From the NCBI GenBank assembly GCA_038087875.1, contig CM075995.1:558001-622000 (forward strand): a stretch of 64,000 nucleotides of DNA, written 5' to 3'. This stretch comes from Malacoraja senta. Taxonomy: Eukaryota. Positions 25,456 through 37,963 of the stretch are shown here, piece by piece (position 1 is the first letter of the stretch; every line of letters begins with the position of its first letter). Under the pieces are notes generated by a model. That model was given only the letters and a program-made list of their open reading frames with translations. It did no database searches and had not been told where the DNA came from. The translations under genes were made by a program, and so were the position numbers.

Positions 25456-28400
25456 CTAGCATAGTCACACCCTACTGCTCCAAAGGCACAGCAATAAGAT
25501 AGTAATGCAGTTATTGGTCAAGTCTTCATTTGCTTCTCTCAACCTCAAATTGAGTTGTATTGCTTACTTTCCATTTTTCCTGCAACCTCTCATTCCTTTC
25601 ATTCATCATTTCCCCCAACCCCTTCTGCCTTTCCTAATTTCAAGAATCTGGTTATAAAATTTACCCTTGGATGGCCAGATCCACATTCAACCAGAAAAAA
25701 CTCGAGGGAAAATGAAGTTTCCCCCCCCCTTGACAGGAAGAAACTGAGATAAACCCACGGTAACAAACAGAATACAATAGAAAATTCTGAAAATCGTGAC
25801 AAGAAATTAACATATTGAATAGAACATCTTACTGGAGCATGAAATTTAGTACTGCAGCCTGAGAAAATCAGAATTTATGAAATGATGCCTCAAGATGAAC
25901 CTTATTGTTTACTATCCTGCAGTATAACCTTCAGCTTTTCACCAGTTACTCTGTATAAATGTCCTTGGTAATGCAGCTAAAAAACCCAACTTAGAGATGA
26001 TTTAACACAGAAAACATTTTTTTCTTCAGAGACAAAAGCCACAAATGAATCCAAGCCAAAGAAGCCTGATCCAAGAGCATGGCTTTCAAACAACAGCTAT
26101 TGGAGATAGTTAGAAAGGGACTTGAAAAGGATAAAAGCTAAATAACGGAGGACTCAGCGGACAATAATATGACAAAGAATATCCCAACCTCATTGACAAC
26201 AGTTAAGGGAAATGTTATTATTAAAATGGGAAACATTAACAGAGGTAGCAATACAGCTTAAAGTGGGATCCACGTAAGATGATCAGGAACAAAATTAATG
26301 ACAGGAAGAAAAGGATAGAAAACATAGGTGTGTCTGATTGAATGTTGCTGGTGAAGGTAGGAAATTTAGCTCACAGTAGTAATCGTAGCCGACGTAACAA
26401 TCAGCCCATTTTAACCAGATTGAGATTAGTTTAATATTGTGTACACCTGGGTGCAATCAAATTCCTTGTTCACATGAAGCTCGCAGAGTGAACAATAGTG
26501 ATAAATACAACAAATGCAAAACAGCAGAATGGCGCAATATTGTTGTGAAAAAAATATTAAAACAATAATGCAGCAACTGAATCAGGGCCAGCTAAAATTT
26601 GACAGCATTTCCAGGAAGGAGGTGTGAAAGAGGATATTGGTTCAGGAATCTGATAGCAGTGGCGAAGAAGCTGGACGTCCAGGCTCTCAACTCCTATATC
26701 TTCTCCCAGAAGATAAAATACTGTGGCCCATCCACAATTGGCAGTTGAGAAACAGAGGATGCAAATGGCTGAGTTGGGTATTGTTGGCAAACAAGTGGAA
26801 AATGACATGCCTAATGTCACCTATATGTAGTGGAAAGATAATAAAAAGCAAGTCACCATATACAAATACTCTGAACCATCTGACAATGTTTCAGAATAGA
26901 AGCCTAAAGTCAGTGATATGCTGTCGACAAATATATAAGAATGGAACCCAGGCTTGTGTAGTTCTAATTTCCTTAATTCTACTGGTAGCCGATGAACCTT
27001 GTCCTAAGCTTGGGAATTCCTTTCACAAACCACTGAATATTCCTCTCCTGAAGACCTTTGATACTACATCCTTCAGGCAATGTTAAGTTTCATCTACTGA
27101 AGCTCCTGCAAACAAACTTGTGGTGTCTTATCGCCGAAGAGGCAGTGCACATTCGGAACAGGAGAAGCAATGGGCCATTTACCCTTGATGTATAATTCCA
27201 CCAATCAACAAAATAATGACTGAACTGCTTATTCAATGTGTTCATGCATTATTCCCAGATCCCTCAATTCCTTGAACAAACTGTAAACTCTGCCTGACTG
27301 ACCTTGCACTGTTCCCTCGGGTAGAAAGTTCCAAAGATTTTTCTAATTTCAGTCCTAAATGTACTACCATTCAATCTAAGGCCTTGGTTTCAGATTTTCC
27401 AGCCAATGGATGCAAACCTCTTGGATTTTTGTATGTAGCAATGAGGTTATACCTTATTCTTATAATTTTTAGGGCACAGAAGTAGAACCCAATCAGTCTC
27501 TCCTTATATGGCAGATAGCAACCAATCTAGCGAACCTTCCTGCCCACTCTCTATTACAAGTACATTCTTTAGATGCAAATATAAACATTGCAAGGTTATT
27601 CCCAAATAAAGTTTTAAGACCTGCAGCAGAACCTGTATACGTCTAGTACAGAATGACAATTGTTGGTCTGCCAGGTATCAAGAGATCGGTAGAAGAACAA
27701 GAGGTGGCACTGCAAATGGCACTCTTAAAAATAGCGGAGTCAGGGGATATGGGGAGAAGGCAGGAACGGGGTACTGATTGGGGATGATCAGCCAATAGCC
27801 AAAAGGCCTACTCCTGCACCTATTGTCTATAAATGGAAGGAATTTAACAAATACATGGGATTTCTATATGATATAAACACATAAATTTTACATATGCAGC
27901 AAATGTTACTGAATGCCTTACTTTACGCAATTTGTTTTGGTATTACTGTCATGTGCATAATACAATGAAACACCTTGATGGGATGCTATGCTATCCAGTT
28001 AAATCTAACTGTACATGAGTACAATCATCACACACAAGAACACAGGTAGTGCACAGAGAAACATATTAAAGTGTAGATTATAATGTTGCAGTGTTATGTT
28101 TCATTACACAGATATAAACACAAATCATATTTATAAGCTAGATAAGTAACATTCTACTCGGACAGCAAAGATATCAGTACACCTGACTTGAGTCCAGAGG
28201 GACTGAGAGCAAATTTACTTAAGCCAGTCTAAGGATTGATAGGGGGAGTTGACTTGATGGGCCGAATTGCATAATTCTGATCCTATCACTTATAAACTAA
28301 TGTTATGGGTACCCGTTTCACTTTATAAGCAATCCAAGATCTTCTCAAGTAAAAATGTTTAATAAAAACCAATGTCCCAAAAATAAAACTAGACATATAT

Positions 28401-29593
28401 CAGAAACAGTAGTCATAATAACACACAACATGCAAATCTTCTCTGCACTCTTTCCATTTTAACGTCATTTTCCTGTAGCAGGGACTGAACACATTACTCC
28501 ATATGCTGCCTTAGCAATGTTTTGTGCCACTGTAACATAATATCACAACTTCTACTATCCCTGACTAGTGAAGGCCAATGGATACAACGGAAGGCCTTCT
28601 TGACCACCATATTTACCTGTAATGTCGCTTTCAGGTAATGATGTACCTGCACACCTAGATCCCTCGGCTCTGCAACACTCCCAATAGTCCCAAGCATTAA
28701 ATTACATTGACCATTCCTCAGCCCACTTGCCCAACTGATCAAATTCTTGGTGTGATATTTCAATAATGAGATTTGCTTTAAAAATCGGGCAGGTGATCGA
28801 AAATGTAATTTACATTTTTTTAAATCATGCTACAATATTTAGTTATTTAATAAAGCATAGAATGAACATTAAGAAGAAAAGCTGATCTGTTTACTGTACA
28901 TATGTATAATTCAGAATAAAAACATTTGGCGATAATCTAGCACTGGTTCTCAGAACAGAAGAGCAAAGAATTTTTTTAAATTGTAGGAGGGGGGGGGGGG
29001 TTCATATTAAAAAAAAACTAGCTTTCAAGTAGCAGCAAGTCAGAGCGTTGTAAAATATGTGGCGTTAAAGAAGTACTCCATCAACTCCGCGCCAAAACAC
29101 CCCCCCCCCCCCCCACACACGAGGACATGCTGACAGGAAGGGAGAATTGGGAGCAGCCTTAGCCCGTAGATAGACACAAAATGTTGGAGTAACTCAGAGG
29201 GACTGGCAGCATCTCTGGAGAGAAGGAATGGGTGATGTTTCGGGTTAGGGGAGAGGGGGACTGGTGGCATGGAAAGGCCGAGGGCCTGCAACCGGGGGAG
29301 GTGAACAAGGCCGGGAGAAGATCGCAGAGCGGAACGAGGTTTGATCGGGAGGAGGTCGGCGAGGTGGCCCCTGCCCTCCCCTCTTCATCCACAAACCCAG
29401 TAGCCAGCGGCACCCCTCCCTCCTTTCTCCCGCTCCTGCTGTTGTCGACAGGCCCGGCTGCTCAGCGTTCCCTTGAGGTAAAGGCAAGGCCTTGCCGACT
29501 GCCAGCACCAGGCCGCGGATCACACACAACTCCGCCGGCGCCACCGCCATTTTTGTTATCGATCCCTGCAAACCCGGCCGCCGGTTTCCTCAC

Positions 29594-29677
29594 CTGGTTC
29601 TTGGCGTACGGTTTGCTGATGATGTGGTGCCGCTTGTTTCTGATTTTACCGCCGCCGGCACCTCCTGCCGCCGCCAT
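29594..29677 (-). CDS. NUP153: NUP153 coding exon 1 (MAAAGGAGGGKIRNKRHHIISKPYAKNQ)
   Basis: ATG at 29677 in AAAATGGCGG context inside a CpG island; GGGKIR..H...KPY matches the NUP153 N-terminus; donor CAG|GTGAGG; 84 nt, phase 0. Confidence 0.93.
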
Positions 29678-29796
29678 TTTGCGGCTCTCTTTCCCGGCCG
29701 CTGCTGCTCGCGCCGCTCTCTGTCTATCTCCTAGCAGCCGGGAGGTTGGGGGGGGGGAGGGGAGGGAGGAGGGGTGGAGGGAGGGGGGAATTCCCG

Positions 29797-30424
29797 CAAC
29801 ACACGCTTCACCCCCCCGCGTCCGCGTCACACCGCTCGCTATCACCGCCAAGCAGTCGGGAGATGGGGGGGGAGGGGTAGGGGTTCGTGCTTCACCCCCC
29901 CGCGTCCGCGTCACACCGCACGCACGCTCGCGCAGCTCTCCCTCTCTGGAGGGGGAGGGGCACAGTGGTTGGGTGGGGAGTTGGTAGTCACGCCTACGTC
30001 ACACCACAACGCGCGCTTCACCCCTCCCCCTCTCCGTCTGCGTCACGCCGCCCACTCGGAAGGCGTGGGGAAGGGGTTGACGCTCTCAACGTCACGCTCC
30101 GACCCGCCCTTTTGCCGCAACGTGCGCTTCACCCCACCCCCCCCTGCGCACGCCCGTCTGCGTCACAACGTGCGCCTGTGCCGCTCTCTCTGGAGGGGGT
30201 GGGGGAGCGGCTCACGCTCTTACGTTACGCTCTGACCTGCCCTTCACCGCCCGCCTGCGCCGCGTTCTCTCTCTCTCTGGAGGGGGAGGGGAAGGGTTCA
30301 CGCTCTTACGTTACGCTCTGACCCGCCCTTTCCTCCTCCCCCCACACAACGTGCGCTTCACCCCTCCGCGTCCGCGTCACATCGTTCGCCCGCGCGCAAG
30401 CGCAAACACCTTCCCTCCGGGGGG
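29797..30424. repeat. Degenerate GC-rich tandem repeat (about 85-120 nt units) upstream of NUP153 exon 1
   Basis: Recurring GCTTCACCCC...CGTCAC units; perfect 26-nt repeat TCACGCTCTTACGTTACGCTCTGACC at 30212-30237 and 30298-30323. Confidence 0.75.
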
Positions 30425-30444
30425 CTTTTTTTTCCCCCTCCCTC

Positions 30445-30644
30445 NNNNNNNNNNNNNNNNNNNNNNNNNNNNNNNNNNNNNNNNNNNNNNNNNNNNNNNN
30501 NNNNNNNNNNNNNNNNNNNNNNNNNNNNNNNNNNNNNNNNNNNNNNNNNNNNNNNNNNNNNNNNNNNNNNNNNNNNNNNNNNNNNNNNNNNNNNNNNNNN
30601 NNNNNNNNNNNNNNNNNNNNNNNNNNNNNNNNNNNNNNNNNNNN
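30445..30644. other. Assembly gap, exactly 200 N
   Basis: Run of N with a round length typical of an unsized scaffolding join. Confidence 0.99.
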
Positions 30645-30910
30645 TGTTCGCCAGTATGGGCGAGTTGGGCCAAAGGGCCTGTTTCCACACTGTATCACTC
30701 TATAATGTGATCATATGTTTGTTTACAAAGACATTTGGTTGAAACAGTAATGTCCTTGCTAAAAATTAAGAACTGTTTTAATGCCTGAACAATTAATTAT
30801 TATAACTGTTGCTAGTAATCCAGAGACTACTTGATAATTCTATGATGTACTGTTTGGTTCTTCCTAAAAGCAGTAACTGCTGTAGAGTAACTTGAATGTT
30901 TAATATGCAG

Positions 30911-31073
30911 GTAACAACTTCCAGTTTGGAAACAGTGGACCTAGTTTTAACTTCAGTGCCACCAATTCATCAAATGAGGTATTTCAGTTTGGAATGGCTT
31001 CAACAGGAGCACCCCAGCCGGCTGCCCCAGCCAGCGGCTTTCAGTTCAATCCAGCTCCTACATTTCCCGCTGG
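30911..31073 (+). CDS. NUP153: NUP153 penultimate coding exon (FG-repeat region: NNFQFGNSGPSFNFS...VFQFG...GFQFNPAPTFPAG)
   Basis: FxFG repeats; atgcag acceptor, GG|GTAAGA donor; joins the terminal exon in frame. Confidence 0.88.
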
Positions 31074-31204
31074 GTAAGAACCTCAATACGAAGTGTGAAC
31101 ATTTTCTGAAGTGAATGAGTGCTTCTCTGAAGTTTTCTTCATGCTTTACACCAGCTACTTAATAGTGTGAAATAGGATATTATCAAAGTAATACATTTAC
31201 AATC

Positions 31205-31585
31205 GTATACTGTACACTGCAAGGGCCAGGAAGCGAGCAGGCAAGATCATCTCTGACCCCTCTCACCCTGGCCACAAACTCTTTGAATCACTTCCCTCTG
31301 GAAGGCGACTCTGGATAGTCAAAGCTGCCACAGCCAGACATAAAAAACGTTTTTATCCACGAGTAGTTGCTCTACTCAACAGCCAAAAATCTGTAGCCTC
31401 CCTTTGATCTGGTATTTTGTTGGTTCACATGCTTGATCAATAGTGTTTTATCATTAATGTTTTATTATTATTAATGTTTTATGTGTCATTCCTAACTGTC
31501 ACTATGTCATGTTGTTACTTGTGGGTGGGGCACCAAGGCAAATTCCTTGTATGTGAATACTTGGCCAATAAACTTACTTACTTAT
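31205..31585 (+). mobile_element. Rex1/Babar-like LINE 3' end
   Basis: ARARKRAGKIISDPSHPGHKLFESLPSGRR; tail ending aataaacttacttactt. Confidence 0.7.
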
Positions 31586-31589
31586 AGTG

Positions 31590-31753
31590 TCAGACACAAA
31601 ATGCTGGCGTAACAGGCAGCATCTCTGTAGAGCAGGAATGGGTGATGTTTTGGGTCGAGACGAGGCTTCTTCAGTATAAAGGGTCTTGACCCGAAACGTC
31701 ACCCAGTGATGCTGTCTGTCCTGCTAAGTTACTCCAGCTTTCTGTGTCTATCT
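31590..31753. mobile_element. Palindromic Penelope-derived element, partly deleted
   Basis: gacacaaaatgctgg ... ccagctttctgtgtc inverted ends. Confidence 0.7.
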
Positions 31754-32244
31754 TGGATATCTATTAGTAAGGCAATATTTGATTTACTTACCTATTAACT
31801 TAATGTTCTCATGGTGGTTAACAAATGGTGCATAATCAGTAAGTAATTAGAAATTAGTGCAATTAGAAATTAGAAATGTAATTAGTAATTAGAAATTAAA
31901 TGATCCAAAAAAAAACGTGAAGCTACTTGATTGTTTGCAGTCAGGCATCCATGTTCATTGCGTTCATGTTGTCTGAAGCAGTAAACTTGCAGATGGTTGT
32001 CAGGTGAGTAAGTGGTTTGACTGCTCAGTTGGCGAATTGTATTTGCCTGGTGTATTTCTCAGCATGAAACAAAATCTTCAAGAAAGCATGAAATGTTGCT
32101 GTAGGTCAGATTTAAATTTTCAGGGTTTAAATTATTTTATTACCAAACCACAAGACCTAAGTTTTCCTTCCTTCAGGTTTCAAAACCTCGCAATTTAAAT
32201 GAGATTTGAAATAAAAATCTTGACTTTTGAATTTGTCATACTGC

Positions 32245-32705
32245 CTTTTCGCCCAATTAGCCCATGCCGGCCCACATGCCCCATCTACACTAGTCCCACC
32301 TGCCAACGGTCAATAACCCTCTAAATCCTTGGTCCTTGGTCCTTTCAAGAGAGAGCTAGATCGGGCTCTTAAAAATAGTGGAGTCAGGGGATATGGGGAG
32401 AAGGCAGGAATGGGGTACTGATTGGGGATGATCAGCCATGATCACATTGAATGGCTTGAAAGGCCAAATAGCCTACTCCTGCACCTATTGTCTACAACCC
32501 TCTAAACCTATCCTGTCCATGTACATATCCAAATGTCTATTAAATGTAATGGGAGTACTACCTCCTCCGGCAGCTCGTTCCAAACACCTACCGACCTTTG
32601 TGTAAAAAGAAAGTCGCCCCTCAGGTTCCTATTAAATCTTTCCCTCCTCACTGTAAACTTATGTCCTCTAGTTCGCGATTCCCCTACTCTAGGCAAAAGA
32701 TCGGT
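32245..32705 (-). mobile_element. CR1 3' fragment with a nested + strand CR1 tail (about 32342-32495)
   Basis: PRVGESRTRGHKF...WNELP on the minus strand. Confidence 0.75.
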
Positions 32706-32847
32706 GCCTTTTTCCCCAATCTATTCCAAACTAATTGGATTACTTGAAGCCTTGTGGTTATAATGAGTTCCGTTTACCTGTGTGTAAATTTTGGGGGGAA
32801 TCAACAGCAAGAATAACAGTGCCAATGTGAAGTTGATTTCAAAAACA

Positions 32848-33132
32848 GTGGAGTTGCTGCCTTACAGTGCCAGAGACCCGGGTTCGATCCCGATTACGGG
32901 TGCTGTCTGTACGGAGTTTTACGTTCTCCCCGAGACCGCATGGGTTTTCTCTGAGATCTCGGTTTCCTCCCACATTTCAAAGACGTACAGGTTTGTAGGT
33001 TAATTGGCGTGGCATAAATGTAAATTGACCCGAGTGTGTGTAGGATTGTGTATAAGTGCCCTGGGGATTGCTGATCTGTGCGGACTCAGTAGGCCGAAGG
33101 GCCTGTTTCTGCGCTGTATCGCGAAACTAAAA
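32848..33132 (+). mobile_element. HE1/V-SINE-like SINE
   Basis: gggttcgatcc B-box; core; tail. Confidence 0.8.
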
Positions 33133-33217
33133 ACACGAGCACCGGTATTTTACTCTCTACTAAGTGGTTGACATGTAAGTCGGTCAGTAACTGTTGTTTT
33201 TCTTTTCTCTTGCATAG

Positions 33218-33311
33218 GGTTGGTGCCGCCAATCCTTTTTCTGCAACGTCTGGTGGTCGTTCTGCCGTTACTGGTCGTAAGATAAAGACTGCTGTTAGAC
33301 GCAAGAAATAA
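33218..33311 (+). CDS. NUP153: NUP153 terminal coding exon (VGAANPFSATSGGRSAVTGRKIKTAVRRKK*)
   Basis: GRKIKTAVRR(R/K)K is the NUP153 C-terminal basic motif; long polypyrimidine tract plus TAG; TAA at 33309-33311. Confidence 0.93.
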
Positions 33312-34335
33312 TTGTTACAGCTGTTTTAAAAAGCAGAGCTAATTATTGAAAGTGTATTTTCCATAAAGAGCTGGTGCCCCTGCATTAATAATTGAGTTGT
33401 ACCTCCTTCTGGGCTTGTGTCAGATCTACCTAGGACCATTTGAACATGCATATAATTGGTCGCTGCTTTTAGTTGCCTGGTGATGGGTGGACTGTAGATT
33501 TTTTTTTTTTTTTTTTTTTTTTGTGAGAACCCAGCAGTGTCATTAGTTAAGGACTTGGCATGGTCTGGCTACAAACAACTTGCAAAGTGAATGGCTTTGT
33601 ACATTGATACCTCTTCATCCGCACCACTAGATATTGTTCATAACCCACCTAATTCTACTGAAAGGTTGTACAGACTGAAGAGCATCAGTGAAAATAGGGC
33701 TGATAATTCTGCAAAGATTTCATCGCGGTATGTGTGAAGTATGTGAATGTGTAGATGTTAAATGGATGGCCTGTTGTGCACTGATGTTTTCTGACTGCAG
33801 AATGACTGATGAATCATACTTGGAGGACATTCAAATGAGCTGTCTTCATTTCATAGAACATGTGCTTTTTTTAAATCTGTTTTGCTTTTTTGACTTTTCA
33901 TTTATTACAAACTATTATGTACATATCCTATGATTTTTTCAGTCAATCTACTATTCTTGGACAAAAACCAATCTGTGAACTTGAATTTTTTTTTTTGTTA
34001 TAGCAGTATGTTTTTTGTTAAGTATTGTCTATTAGAAGATTTTATTATGTAAATCTCATTATTCAAAGTTGCCTGAATCCATTTAACATCTTTTCTGATA
34101 TACAAAATTGGGAACTCTTTAAAGTTTGCGTATTGGCTTTTGTGATCCACTTTTGTTTGGACCAAAACAGTGTTGTACAAAGTATTAACTATATTTTTAT
34201 ATTCATTTAAATGGACTATGGTGACTTTGGATAATTAGGAGAACAATTTAATATTAAAGCCATGTTTATTACTGTATGATTAACAAAACCATGGGATAAA
34301 TGCCATCAATAAAAATGAAGAAATAGTAAAATCAC
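33312..34335 (+). other. NUP153: NUP153 3' UTR with polyadenylation signal AATAAA at 34308-34313
   Basis: About 1 kb of AT-rich, TE-free sequence after the stop, ending in AATAAA followed by GT-rich sequence. Confidence 0.65.
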
Positions 34336-37300
34336 GCGGTGTTCTTCAGTGGAATCCTTTCTATATTGTAATGGTTTAATTCTTGCTTGCCTTTTAATAT
34401 CAAACGCTGCTTTATATTTGTTGGTTCTTCTGAAAGAGACTATCTAAATGCATCAAAATTACATTTTGGGAAGTCTAATATGGGCAAGACCTACGCAGTG
34501 AATGGTGGGGCTCTGGGACGGCATTGGACAGCAGAGGGATCTAGGAGTGCAGGTATTTAGTTCCTTGAAGGTGGCATCACAGGTAGATAGGGTGGTCAAA
34601 ATGTGTTTTGGCACATTGACATGCATCCATCTGAGTATTGAGGTCGAAGTTATAGTTATGTAAGATATTGGTGAGGCTGCTTTTAGAGTATCGTCTTTAG
34701 TTCTGCTCACAGAAAAGATTTAAGAGGATGTAAAGTCAAGGGTCGTGAAAATAGCAACATGGTAAGCATTGCAGATAATCCATAACATTAGTTGAGGGGT
34801 AGATTTAAGTTTAGGTCTAGAATGCAGAAAAAGGTCCAATGTCTATAATTGGGTAGAGGTGAATTGGACAGTACCGTAGCTTATGGAAGGACCATTCAGA
34901 AGCCTGGTACCACGGGAAGAAGCTGTTCCCATGTCTGATGCTGCATTCGTTCAAGCTGCTGTACCTTCTGCCGGACTGGAACAGGGAAAGGTGGGAGTGG
35001 GAGAATCTAGGACAAGAGGTCATAGCCTCAGAATTAAAGGATGTTCCTTTAGAAAGGGGATGGGGAGGAATATCTTTAGTCAGAGGGTGGTGAATCTGTG
35101 GAGGCAAAGTCAATGAATATTTTTACGTTCGAGATTGACAGATATTTGAGTAAGGGTGTCGGGTTATGGGTGCGAAGGCAGGAAAATGGGGTTGAGGGGG
35201 GAAGATAGATCGGCCATGATTGAATGGAATAGACTTTGATGGGCCAAATGGCATTTTGCTCCTTGAACTTATGATTTCATTTACTTTCTAAGAATGAGTA
35301 AAGCTAGCAGTAGATTATGTAACATTGAGCTCTTGGAAGATTTATTTTGTACTTAAAGATCTACGGGCATAAGTAAATGATTCAATGCAGTTTTATGACT
35401 GACAGAGCTGCAAGTGGAAGAATCACTCATTTGGCAGTGGATATATTTAAGCTGAGATAGATTCTTGATTAGTACTGGTGTCAGAGGGGAGAAAGATCAT
35501 GATTGAATGGTGGAGCATACTTGATGGGCCGAATGGCCTAATTCTGCTCCTGTCGCTTAATGACTAATGATCAGGGTGAGACAAGTCTTTGATTATGTTA
35601 GCTGCTCTGAGACGATGTGAAGTGTACATAAGAGTCAATAGCGGAACTCTGGTCTGTGTGATGGACTGGACTACATGAATAATTTGGCCAGCAGATTGTG
35701 CAATTCAATTTTGCAAGAACCACTGAGCTTACTTTTACTTCCATGTGCAAGGACCTGGTAAAATTCACCATGCAGTTCTCGAGGCTACTGGGCAGGCACT
35801 TATCATTCTATTTCCTGCCTCTGGCTAAAGTATAACCAAGGTCCCAAGCTTTGAGAACAATAGACCCACAAAAAAAGAGTAGGAATGGGGATTTACACCA
35901 ATTTCCCCAATAATGTTATATGTTGAAATGATTTCTATGTTCTGGTATAGAAACCATCAAAGCACCAACATTAGTAACTGCCCTTTCAGAATTTCTGGGC
36001 ACAAAATTTGACCAGGTTTGTCATGATGCTGAGACAACTTGTTGAATGAGGCAAACCCTGACACTGCATCTCGTGTTTGTTATTGAAGGACACATTTATT
36101 ATGAGGACAGGTCATGTATTAGCAGAATTAGACCATGCGGCCCATCAAGTCTACTCCGCCATTCAAGCATGGCTGATCTATATCTCCCTCCTAACTGTAT
36201 TCTCCTGCCTTCTCCCCATAACCTGACACCCGTACTAATCGAGAATCTATCTATCTCTGCCAAATATCCACTGACTTGGTCTACACAGATTCACCACTGA
36301 CCAAAGAAATTTCTCCTCATCTCCTTCCTAAAAGAACATCCTTTAACTCTGGGGCTAAGACCTCTAGTCCAAGACTCTCCCACTAGTAGAAACATCCACT
36401 CAATCCAAGCAATATATTATATTTGAGTTCAAAATCTCCCTCTTTAAATCCATCAGCTCATGTCAATGGAATATACTTGTGTGGTGAGGGAAAGTTAAAG
36501 TATACACTTGCTGTTCAATCTGATCCATAAAGTTTATCATCAGTGATTGGAAATGTAGAATGGTTCATCGTTCGCTGAGGGGGAAGGTGACAACGAGGCA
36601 TCCAAACAGTAAAATTAATCACAACAGTGAAACTAGTCGGAGAACTAGGCTGGGGGAGGGACAGAGAGAGAGGGGAAGTAAGGGTTACTTCATATTGCTG
36701 GGTTGCAAGCTGCTGGAGCGAAATATGAGATGCTGTTCCTCCAATTTGGGCCTTCCAAAGTGGTGGAAGACCAGGACAGAAATGTCAGTCTGTAACCAGG
36801 AGATAGCGTAGGCCTCGGCCGACTGAGCGAAGATGATTGCCGAGCCTGCACTTGGTCTGTTCAGGATTTGTATACCGTGAACACTTGAACAAAAGCTGAA
36901 ACGACTGCACAACACTTAACAATGAGCACAAATGCAATAAGAATTGTCAATGGCTAGATAATCTGCTTGGTGTTTGAGTCCTAACCGAATCTGAAGAACC
37001 CGAAACATCACCCATTCCTTCTCTCCAGAGGTGCTGCCTGACCTGCTGAGTTACTCCATCATGTTGTGTCTACGTGCAACTAAATTTCCAGTCTGGAAAA
37101 ATCAAATACCATCCAGTTGAGCCTCTAATAATAAAATGATGCACAGTGAATTAATTAGACTGAAGGTCAAATAAAATGATATTTAATTTAATTCATTAAA
37201 TGTGATGTTTATTATAGGATAGACATTCTCCATACATGCAGGCAACAATGCATGTTTAGAATAATTATCCAAATCTTTTAAATTCCTGACTCCATTAACA

Positions 37301-37706
37301 CTGCAACTTAATATCCTTTGATATATAACCATATAACAATTACAGCACGGAAACAGGCCATCTCCGCCCTTCTAGTCCATGCAGAACACTTATTCTCACC
37401 TAGCCCCATCTCCCTGCACTCAGACCATAACCTACCATTCCTTTCCCGTCCATATACCTATCCAATATATTTTTAAATGATAAAAACAAACCTGCCTTCA
37501 CCACTTCCACATTCACCACTTCCACATTAGCGCATTCCACACAGCTACCACTCTCTGAGTAAAGAAGTTCCCCCTAATGAAACTTATTTATTATTAATTC
37601 TCTGGTGCTGGGTACTTCGCTCCAGTGTGGTAATTGCATTCAAGATGGGACTAGCACATAGCATCAGCCCCTCTCACAAGCAGCAGCCTAATAAGCGTGG
37701 ACTCTT

Positions 37707-37963
37707 TTTAGTTTAGTTTAGAGACAGTGTGGAAACAGGCCCTTCGGACACCTAGTCGCACCTACCAGCGATTAACACTATCCTACTACACACACTTGGG
37801 ACAATTTACATTAACACCAAGCCAATTAACCTACAAACCCGCACGTCTTCGGAGTGTGGGAGGAAACCGAAGATCGGAGAAAACCCATGCAGCTCACGGG
37901 GAGAACGTACAAACTCCGTACAGACAGCACCCGTAGTCAGGATCGAATCCGGATCTCTGGCGC
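37707..37963 (-). mobile_element. HE1/V-SINE-like SINE
   Basis: Same family structure. Confidence 0.75.

Larger units (their letters stand above)
29230..30444 (-). promoter_or_regulatory. CpG island / NUP153 promoter and first exon; YY1-type GCCGCCATTTT motif over the start codon (29670-29680)
   Basis: Very high GC and CpG density against a CpG-poor background; brackets exon 1; seven CGTCAC half-sites upstream. Confidence 0.8.

Noticed and set aside
29159-30710. Long overlapping ORFs (up to 251 aa) around the CpG island
   Set aside because: By-products of high GC content and of the N run; only 29594-29677 (-) is supported as coding
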